DNA from: a virus
Lineage: Duplodnaviria; Caudoviricetes
Reading direction: 5' to 3' (one strand)
Length of the DNA stretch: 40,732 bases
Virus record (IMG/VR): IMGVR_UViG_3300006867_000025
Coordinates: 1 to 40,732 of that record
Shown here: piece by piece, positions 33,961 to 40,732 of the stretch
Numbering within the stretch: the first letter of the stretch is position 1
How the letters are laid out: each line of letters starts with the position of its first letter
Translations under genes and position numbers: made by a program
The notes under the pieces: model-generated
What the model was told of the DNA's origin: nothing
What the model saw: only the letters and a program-made list of their open reading frames with translations
Database searches by the model: none

Positions 33961-35199
33961 TTAGGCGTGAGACACACCCACAACCTTCACGGCCTGCGCG
34001 TCAAGGACCATGGAGCCAACACGCTTCCGGGTGTAGAACATCACGGACCCGGGGTTGGTGTAGGGGTCACGGAGCATGCTCACATCGACCCGATCCACGA
34101 TCTGGAAGGCACGGCTGAAGTCACCGAACATGATCGGAGCAGAAGCTGCTGCCTCGTCGATGTCATCCATGTCTTCGTTGATCACGATGCGGTAGCCGAA
34201 CAGACGGTCTGCCATTGCAGACGTGAGGTCACGCTGCAGGAAGTACTCGCCATTGCCGTCGGTCAGGTTGACCAGCGCGTGGTGCGTAGCACGGTTCATC
34301 ATCCACACAGCACCAGGCAGGTAGCCGGTACGCACAGACTTCACAACGGTGCGAAGGAACTCGATGATCCCTGCATCGGTGGAACCGAGAGCGTTGTTCA
34401 CGCCAGTGTTAAGCACCTGGAAGGTACCGTTGGCGTCAGACGCAGCACCATCAGCGGTCAGCGTGAGGCCGTTGAGGATACCCACAGGCTTGTTGGTGCC
34501 GTTGCCAGACAGGAAGGCCACGCCTTCTGCTTCAGCAAACTGACGAGCCACTTCGCCCAGGAGCCAGTCCTCGACATTGAAGAAGCCATCTTCGATCAGG
34601 TGCTGGTACACGCGGGGACGTGCATACACTTCACCAAAGGTAGCCGTGCGCTGAGCGAGCTCAGGGCTGTTGGTTTGCGAACGAGCGTCCGTCTCACCCA
34701 CCCAACCAGAAGCTGCGTCACCGATGGACACCAGCTGCTTAACGTCGGTGGTAGCGGCAGAAGCCACGGAGCAGACCTGACGCAGCGGGCTGATTTCGTG
34801 CTCGATGCGAATGATCTCCTGACGGAGCTCCTCGGGGAGAGCATACCCACCCTGGGCGTCGGTGCTGATCTGGAGATCAGTGCCCTTGGTGCGGAGACCC
34901 TCAGCGCCTTCCTTAATGAAGGTCTTGAACAGGGATTTGTGTTCCATTTCTTTTTCATCTCCGAGAGATTTGATGAATGCGGGAGCAGCCTGCTTAGCTT
35001 TGACCTCCTCGAGGTCAGCTTTGATAGCTGCAAGTTCTTCAGAAGCCTTGGTGGCTTCAGCTTTGAGGGACTCGTTTTCGGCGGTCACGGCTTCGTTCTT
35101 GGCGACAACCTCATCGATGGTCTTTTCAACGACCTCGAGGCTCACCTCCTCAGCCGCAGCAACCTCGGTCTCCTCGACAGATTTGATTTCTTCCGTCAT
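33961..35199 (-). CDS. Major capsid protein, HK97 family
   Basis: Coiled-coil delta domain, GGYALPEE, WVGE, AFLSGNGTNKPVGIL, FGDFSRAF.IVDR, RDPYT..G.V.FY..KRVG. Confidence 0.95.
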   Translation of the reverse strand: MTEEIKSVEETEVAAAEEVSLEVVEKTIDEVVAKNEAVTAENESLKAEATKASEELAAIKADLEEVKAKQAAPAFIKSLGDEKEMEHKSLFKTFIKEGAEGLRTKGTDLQISTDAQGGYALPEELRQEIIRIEHEISPLRQVCSVASAATTDVKQLVSIGDAASGWVGETDARSQTNSPELAQRTATFGEVYARPRVYQHLIEDGFFNVEDWLLGEVARQFAEAEGVAFLSGNGTNKPVGILNGLTLTADGAASDANGTFQVLNTGVNNALGSTDAGIIEFLRTVVKSVRTGYLPGAVWMMNRATHHALVNLTDGNGEYFLQRDLTSAMADRLFGYRIVINEDMDDIDEAAASAPIMFGDFSRAFQIVDRVDVSMLRDPYTNPGSVMFYTRKRVGSMVLDAQAVKVVGVSHA

Positions 35200-35211
35200 A
35201 GCAGTTTCCTG

Positions 35212-36237
35212 TTACTTGGTTTTGGATTTGATGCTGTTGAGTTTGTCCAGCATCGCCTTGAGTCGTTGACTGTTGTCAGCCTGAAGAGCGTCACGCTCCT
35301 CGAAGTCCTCCTCGATCAACTCCTCGTCAACCTCGAGGGCTTTGAAGCCTTCAGCCAGCAAGGCTTTGGCTTCTCGACGAGACAGTCCTGCATCACGCAA
35401 GACAAGCTCGAGCTCTCGAATGTTGAGTTCCCCGTCAGCGTCCTTCACTGCAGAAACCAGTGCCGAAGCGTTAGCGGGGATGGTCACTAAAGAGACTTCA
35501 TGCAGGTCGATCTCTTTTAGGTGATTAGTTTTGGTCTTCGAGTTGTACTCCTCGTCCCGAACTCGATAACCAATCGACATGCTGTTGATGGCGCCATCCT
35601 TCAGAAGCGCGTAGGCCTCATCAGCATCGCGAACACCAGCAGTCAGAGTGCCGGTCACACGCAAGCCCTTGCCGTCCTCGACCATTGAGGTCCACTTACC
35701 AATGGGACGCTTCAGGTCATGGTGCAGCAGCATGGCTGGCATGGTTTTGGAATCACGGTGACGGTCGAGGCTCTTTGCGAAAGCACCAGCTTCGACAACA
35801 TCACCTACGCGGTCGATGTTTCCGAACGTGCTCGCATAACCCTCGAACTTACGTTCCTCATCGTCCTGGTAGAGCTTGATGTCTTCCAGGTGAAATACCT
35901 TTTTCATAGGAACCTCGTTGGACTTTTCTAGTTCACGTTGTTTGCGCTTGGCCCAGGCATAGCCTGAGTCCGAGCCCCAAAGCAGCCAGGCGATCTTCCC
36001 AGCACTTGGGTAGCCTGGCTCTCCAGCTCGAAAGCCTTCTGCGCGTTTGTCGACCTCATGTCGGGCGAAGAAGGACACCATGCGATTGACGGTTCTCGGA
36101 CTGAGCTCTTTGCGGTTCGCAATGTCTCGAGCTCGAGCAACACCAACAGCTGTCCCGCCACGGTTATATTCGCGACGGAGCTCAAGGCCTCGCCGTGCGG
36201 CTTTCGCCATGGCTTCAGTTGGGACTAGGCTCACCAT
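35212..36237 (-). CDS. HK97-family prohead protease with an extra ~110-aa N-terminal domain
   Basis: FEGYASTFGNIDRVGDVV..GAF, LLHHD..RPIGKW, MSIGY, LHEVSLVTIPAN; in-frame internal ATG 35907 with GAGG RBS. Confidence 0.9.
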   Translation of the reverse strand: MVSLVPTEAMAKAARRGLELRREYNRGGTAVGVARARDIANRKELSPRTVNRMVSFFARHEVDKRAEGFRAGEPGYPSAGKIAWLLWGSDSGYAWAKRKQRELEKSNEVPMKKVFHLEDIKLYQDDEERKFEGYASTFGNIDRVGDVVEAGAFAKSLDRHRDSKTMPAMLLHHDLKRPIGKWTSMVEDGKGLRVTGTLTAGVRDADEAYALLKDGAINSMSIGYRVRDEEYNSKTKTNHLKEIDLHEVSLVTIPANASALVSAVKDADGELNIRELELVLRDAGLSRREAKALLAEGFKALEVDEELIEEDFEERDALQADNSQRLKAMLDKLNSIKSKTK

Positions 36238-37462
36238 CAGGCTGGTCCTCTTGTTGGTTGTTGTTTCCGAAAGTCAGGTTGTTGCTGTCGGAGACGTACT
36301 CGTCGCCACCTTCTCGAGGGTTCATATCGAGACGAGCTCGAACCTCATTGGGCGACATCACGCCGATCTCGAGCAGCTTGGTGTAGGCCTCGACTTCACC
36401 TCTGAAGTCGCCTCGGATGAGCTCCGACACGTCAAAGCGAAACTCTCGAGTGCTGTCACCGAGCAGCTGGAAGTTCATTCGAGACTCGAACGCCTTGAGA
36501 TAAGGCGAGATAGCCGACTTGTAGAAGTCCAGGCCTTGCGCCTCGATGTTCGAGAACGTGGCTCGAGACAGATCAGCGATCATGTGTGGCGGGACGCGGA
36601 ATATTCCACAAATCTCCTCACGCGACAGCTTCCTGGTCTCTATTAGCTGCACGTCTCCGGGACTCATTGAGATTGGCTGGAACTTCACCCCTGCTTCGAG
36701 AAGGGCAACGCGGTTGGCGTTACGCGTCCCGCCGTGAGCGGACTCCCAGCTTTCTTTCAGGTTCTTGTACGCGTCATCGCTGAGCGTACCGTCGACCTGG
36801 AGAACGCCTCGAGGAGTAGACCCATTGGCGAAGACATTATTCGCATGGTCGCGCTGTTCGATGGCGCCACCCAGCAAATGTCCTTGATACGAAATGGGGG
36901 AAATCCCTCGAATACCATCGAGAGTGAGTCCCTTGAAGTGAAGCACCTCGTCAGGCTGGAGCATCATCGTGCGCTCGCGGCCTTTCTCACCAATCGTGAC
37001 TTGATAGGTGATTCGATTCTGAGCCTGGATGTCCACGCTCACCGAATCGACGGGGATAGGATGTAAAGCAACAACACGGCCCGATTCGCCTCGGACGATG
37101 TAGTTGTAGCTGTTACCCCGGAGACACAGGTTGACCACCTGCATCTGCCAGAATTCCTGAGCAGTCTGCCAATCATTAGGCGCCCGGTAGACCAGGCTGT
37201 GCATGATGTCAGTCCACTGGTGAGACCTGCTCGAGCGATCCTGGGCCAGCTTATATAAGTGGCAAGGAAGCGTGCTCACAGTCTCCGACAACACCTTCAC
37301 GCAGGCGTACACCGTCGACAGACGCATTGCCATCTCAGGACTTACAGCGCTCAGCGAGGGCTTTTCGCCACGCATGATGAGCTCCATAAGAGCGGGGCTG
37401 TCGAGGCTGTAGGTGATCGCTTTTTGAGCAGCCGCCTCGGACTTTCGATTCCAAAATGCCAT
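36215..37462 (-). CDS. Portal protein, HK97 family
   Basis: VYACVKVLSETVSTLP, L.GNSY, EVLHFK..DGIRGISPI, ICGIFRVPPHMI, SNIEAQ, MSPNEVR. Confidence 0.95.
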   Translation of the reverse strand: MAFWNRKSEAAAQKAITYSLDSPALMELIMRGEKPSLSAVSPEMAMRLSTVYACVKVLSETVSTLPCHLYKLAQDRSSRSHQWTDIMHSLVYRAPNDWQTAQEFWQMQVVNLCLRGNSYNYIVRGESGRVVALHPIPVDSVSVDIQAQNRITYQVTIGEKGRERTMMLQPDEVLHFKGLTLDGIRGISPISYQGHLLGGAIEQRDHANNVFANGSTPRGVLQVDGTLSDDAYKNLKESWESAHGGTRNANRVALLEAGVKFQPISMSPGDVQLIETRKLSREEICGIFRVPPHMIADLSRATFSNIEAQGLDFYKSAISPYLKAFESRMNFQLLGDSTREFRFDVSELIRGDFRGEVEAYTKLLEIGVMSPNEVRARLDMNPREGGDEYVSDSNNLTFGNNNQQEDQPDGEPSPN

Positions 37463-37470
37463 AGCGACTC

Positions 37471-39147
37471 CTATAGGGTGCGAATGCCGCGAGACTCATA
37501 AGGGCTGGGCTGCAGCCCGGCATGAACTTTCATTCGACCCAAGGCCATGATGATGGCGATGACTGCGTCGATCTTGTTCGCGGCTTGGTCTTTCTTGACC
37601 TTGATGTTGTCGTTAACGTCAGTCCAAATGACTGCATTCGAGGCCATCCAACGGACGACTGGGTCATTGCCATGAACCATGGTGCGGCTCAGCACTGCCT
37701 TCTCGAACTCTTTGGCTGGATCACTCATGTTCATGATGTTCTGAGGGAACTTGACCATGGGTAGCCCTTGCTCGAGGAGCTCACTGACGAGCTCATGAGC
37801 GCCATAAGGGTCGAACGCGATCTGCTTGACGTTGTACTGCTCACAAGCAGTGATGACTTGTTGTTTGATGTAGTTGAGGTCGGTGACTGACCCATCTGTA
37901 GCGATGATGTAGCCCTGGTCGAGCCACTCCCGATACTTGGCGCCCATGGCGCCTGCTTTATCGGTGATGGTGTCCATCGGCAGGTAGTTATATACATACG
38001 GGTATAAATTCCCGCCCTCCTGGAAGAGCAAGGCGACCGACGCAAAGTCATTCACCGACGCCAGGTCTAGGCCGATGTAGCACGGCTGACCTTTGAAGTG
38101 ACTGATCGGAGGACGCGGCTTGTCGCACGCGTCCCAAGCAGCCATCGATAGCCAGGCGCTATTAGTCGAGCACCAGACATTCAGACGCTTGGTCTTGAAG
38201 TTGGTCTCAGCTGACGGCGACTCTTCTGCCTGTTTAGCCAGGCGGGCCAGGTCATCGGGTTGTACCGACACCCCATAGTTGGGGTTGGCTTTTATCCAGG
38301 TCTCGGGCTTACGCCAGTCATCCTCCTCATCAACCCCATAAATGAGACTGAAGAAGGTGTCGTCGTCGACGTGCCCCTCGAGGATTTTGATTGCGTAGTC
38401 GCGGACCTGGTAGCAAATACCTTCTCTGTTGACGCCTGCTGTTGTGATCGTGAACAGCAAGGGCTGAGCTCGAGCACCGGATGCGACGTTCAGCACGTCA
38501 TAGACCTCAGGGGTCTTGTGAACGTGGAGCTCGTCGACCACTGCAAAAGACGGAGACCGTCCCTCGAGGGAACCAGCATCGGCACTTAGAGGCTCGAACT
38601 TCGAGTTCTTTGTCTCGAAGCTGATGCAACTACGGTTGACCGTCAGGTGTTTGCTTAAATGGCTGCTACCCTTTGCCATCGCCTGAGCATCGCCAAACAC
38701 GATGCGCGCTTGGTCGCGGCTGGTAGCAGCCGAGTAAACCTCTGCACTAGGCTCACCATCTGCCATCAGGTGGTAGAGGCTAAGCACACTGCAGAGCGTA
38801 CTTTTTCCTGACTTACGCGGCACCTCGATGTAGACCGACCGACGTAAACGCTTGCCGTCAGCTCGTTTCCAGCCGTAGACCTGGCTGATCAAAAACATCT
38901 GCCAAGGCTCGAACTCAATCGGTTCGCCAGCCTTGGGGCCCTTGAGGTGATGAATGAAGGAGGCAAAACGGATAGGACGCGCTGCAGCGTTAGCATCGAA
39001 CTCGATGTCTTTACGCTTTCGCATATCCAGAGCAGCCTGACAGCTGCGGCGCACATTCATGCATGCCGGTATTTTGCCTTTGACGACTTGCTCAGCGTAG
39101 CCCCAGGCTACCTTTGCGAGCTCCTCGTCGGATATTGCCCAGTTCAT
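37471..39147 (-). CDS. terL: Terminase large subunit
   Basis: EPWQMF, Walker A VPRKSGKST, AVVDELH, ITTAG, WIKANP, GLDLAS, NKIDAVIA. Confidence 0.95.
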   Translation of the reverse strand: MNWAISDEELAKVAWGYAEQVVKGKIPACMNVRRSCQAALDMRKRKDIEFDANAAARPIRFASFIHHLKGPKAGEPIEFEPWQMFLISQVYGWKRADGKRLRRSVYIEVPRKSGKSTLCSVLSLYHLMADGEPSAEVYSAATSRDQARIVFGDAQAMAKGSSHLSKHLTVNRSCISFETKNSKFEPLSADAGSLEGRSPSFAVVDELHVHKTPEVYDVLNVASGARAQPLLFTITTAGVNREGICYQVRDYAIKILEGHVDDDTFFSLIYGVDEEDDWRKPETWIKANPNYGVSVQPDDLARLAKQAEESPSAETNFKTKRLNVWCSTNSAWLSMAAWDACDKPRPPISHFKGQPCYIGLDLASVNDFASVALLFQEGGNLYPYVYNYLPMDTITDKAGAMGAKYREWLDQGYIIATDGSVTDLNYIKQQVITACEQYNVKQIAFDPYGAHELVSELLEQGLPMVKFPQNIMNMSDPAKEFEKAVLSRTMVHGNDPVVRWMASNAVIWTDVNDNIKVKKDQAANKIDAVIAIIMALGRMKVHAGLQPSPYESRGIRTL

Positions 39148-39148
39148 G

Positions 39149-39622
39149 TTATTCCTGCTTCTGCGACGAGCCGAAGTAGAAGCTGATCACGGAGCTCACG
39201 ATGCCGCCAAGATAGCCCAGGACGAGGTTGATCACTGCGTCGCTGTTCTGGTCGGGCGGTTGAATCGTGACCATGAAGATGTAGCCGCCAAACAGGGAGA
39301 GACTAGTCAGAGCAATCGCTCGAGCAGTCCAATCTTGTTTGAAGGCTTTGCGTGCGTCCTGAACATCTGCGGTCTCGAGGGCGAACACATCAACATCGAG
39401 CTCCTTCATCTTCACTTCGAAGTCGAGCTCAGCTTTTTTGATCTCAGCAATTTGCTCTGGGCTAGCCTGGGCAATCGCGTTCTCAATCGCCTTGGGTTCA
39501 GGCTTACAGCCGAGTGCTTGAGCGACCACCTGTGCTGCCGCGCCACCGAGAGGTCCGCCAAGTGCTTGTCCCAGGGTGGGAGCAAGACCGCCTATGAGGC
39601 TTTTGATCTTGTCGAACTTCAT
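39149..39622 (-). CDS. Putative holin (3-TM, GTA-holin-like)
   Basis: LAPTLGQALGGPLGG N-terminus, DVQDAR, two TM helices, SFYFGSS C-terminus. Confidence 0.6.
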   Translation of the reverse strand: MKFDKIKSLIGGLAPTLGQALGGPLGGAAAQVVAQALGCKPEPKAIENAIAQASPEQIAEIKKAELDFEVKMKELDVDVFALETADVQDARKAFKQDWTARAIALTSLSLFGGYIFMVTIQPPDQNSDAVINLVLGYLGGIVSSVISFYFGSSQKQE

Positions 39623-39630
39623 GGTTCCTC

Positions 39631-39891
39631 CTAGGGATTCTTCCCTGTGTTGTTGAGGATGTATTCGCGGATGATCTTTACGTCAGCTTTGATCTCTTGA
39701 AGGTCTTCCTTCATCTGACTAGCACCGGCCTCGAGCACAGCGACTCGGGGCACTAACGGCTGAACACCGTCGACCGCCTTCTGCATGTTCTGTAGCTCTT
39801 GGTGCTGACTGCCTGCCTGGTAAATGGTGCTCAGCAAAACGCAAAGCACAGGCCAGCCGACCATGAACCAGTTTTTGTGATGCTCATCCAT
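39631..39891 (-). CDS. Small membrane protein (N-terminal TM plus coiled coil)
   Basis: ATG 39891 overlaps the terS end; WFMVGWPVLCVLLSTIY, then MKEDLQEIKADVK. Confidence 0.65.
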   Translation of the reverse strand: MDEHHKNWFMVGWPVLCVLLSTIYQAGSQHQELQNMQKAVDGVQPLVPRVAVLEAGASQMKEDLQEIKADVKIIREYILNNTGKNP

Positions 39892-40372
39892 GAAGAAAAT
39901 CCTCGAATGTGTTGATGGGCGACTCCACATCAACTCGAGCATTTAGATGCGAGCGGCTGCTGGCAGTGAGGCCATACTCACGGAGTAGCCGATTGATGTT
40001 GGTGAACGCCTGGTTTAACGGGCCAATGGCGGGATGCGGTTTGATCACCGGATCACCATTGATGTTCTGTGTTTGGATGAGCTCCCCTTCATCGAGGATC
40101 GTGCGACGCAGACGGAGGTACATGGCGACCTGGTCAGCGAGCATGCTGAGGGCCAATCCGTCCACTTTGGTTCCGACCTTCATCTCGGTCATGTACCGAG
40201 TGACCTGATCGAAGAGCTGTGCTGCTAAGGGGTCTTCATCAATCCAGCTTGGCCTGTCCGGTAGCGACACAGGGAGCTCAGGCTCGTTGGGGTTTAGCCT
40301 GTCTGTGCGTAAAGTCCCATTGAGCGCCTTAAGCGCTGTGGGCTTTCTTGGTCTACCGCGTCCACTACTCAT
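39884..40372 (-). CDS. terS: Terminase small subunit, P27 family
   Basis: GRPRKPTALKAL.G, P.W, HPAI, EYGLTASSR. Confidence 0.9.
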   Translation of the reverse strand: MSSGRGRPRKPTALKALNGTLRTDRLNPNEPELPVSLPDRPSWIDEDPLAAQLFDQVTRYMTEMKVGTKVDGLALSMLADQVAMYLRLRRTILDEGELIQTQNINGDPVIKPHPAIGPLNQAFTNINRLLREYGLTASSRSHLNARVDVESPINTFEDFLHG

Positions 40373-40536
40373 TTCGATACCGTCTTCAATCCTATTGCTT
40401 TGACCTCAGCTCGAGGGGTTTCTTCAGGCTCTTCCTCACCGGGGTCGGGGTCGTCTTCCCATTCGTACATTTCGCTTGCGACAACAGCCACAACAGCGAC
40501 CTGCCCTTCCTCTAGTCCCTCGATCACGATCTTCAT
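40369..40536 (-). CDS. 55-aa acidic hypothetical protein (MKIVIEGLEEGQVAVV...)
   Basis: Not in the ORF track; AAGGGGG RBS; ATGA overlap with terS. Confidence 0.6.
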   Translation of the reverse strand: MKIVIEGLEEGQVAVVAVVASEMYEWEDDPDPGEEEPEETPRAEVKAIGLKTVSK

Positions 40537-40732
40537 GTGTCCCCCTTGCTAAGGCGCTGGTTTTGATTCGACCACGCAGGAGGAGAGGGGATGGCCCCGC
40601 TGACCAGCAACAGCGGCTTTACAAAAATTCACTCCTCATCCCGCATGTTGTTGGCTGTTGGCCTACATAGATGCAGACTATCGCATATCCCTATAAATCG
40701 CACCCTTATTTATGACATCGCCGATAAGAAAG

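Noticed and set aside
33967-35490. 507-aa + strand ORF
   Set aside because: Antisense shadow of the capsid and protease genes, explained by codon bias; no recognisable motifs. The same applies to the many shorter + strand ORFs.
1-40732. Terminal direct repeats or flanking host DNA
   Set aside because: The two ends share no visible repeat and no bacterial housekeeping genes are present; int, att and tRNA are internal, consistent with a non-integrated form.
1-40732. Alternative genetic code or stop-codon recoding
   Set aside because: All core genes are full length under the standard code, and the only tRNA is an ordinary Gly(GCC).

Overview
The window looks like a near-complete ~40.7 kb temperate tailed-phage genome, with almost all genes on the - strand. 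It is a hybrid. One part is a T7-like transcription/replication block (single-subunit RNA polymerase, SSB, primase-helicase, family A DNA polymerase, 5'-3' exonuclease, DUF3310/gp1.7-like). The other part is an HK97/lambda-like siphovirus block (P27-type TerS, TerL, portal, prohead protease, HK97 capsid, head-tail proteins, major tail, frameshifted tail chaperones, tape measure, a 3510-aa tail tip/fibre). A + strand lysogeny module (XRE repressor, lambda-like tyrosine integrase, complete tRNA-Gly(GCC)) sits between them. HNH at the left end and terS at the right end imply the packaging (cos) region lies at or across the window ends. The most striking unexplained signals are: (1) a stand-alone copy of the tRNA anticodon arm just after the integrase and 173 bp before the same arm in a full tRNA, suggesting a 'cut the host tRNA, supply a whole new one' integration scheme; (2) about 100 hand-counted CTCGAG palindromes in all reading frames, absent from a 7.9-kb stretch covering the distal tail fibre; (3) two families of dispersed regulatory motifs (TATAGG-N5-CCTATA and a 19-25 bp TGACACCA-N7-CAGT element); (4) a repeat-delimited, cassette-like giant tail protein. 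Product calls come from motif recognition only; no database searches were run.
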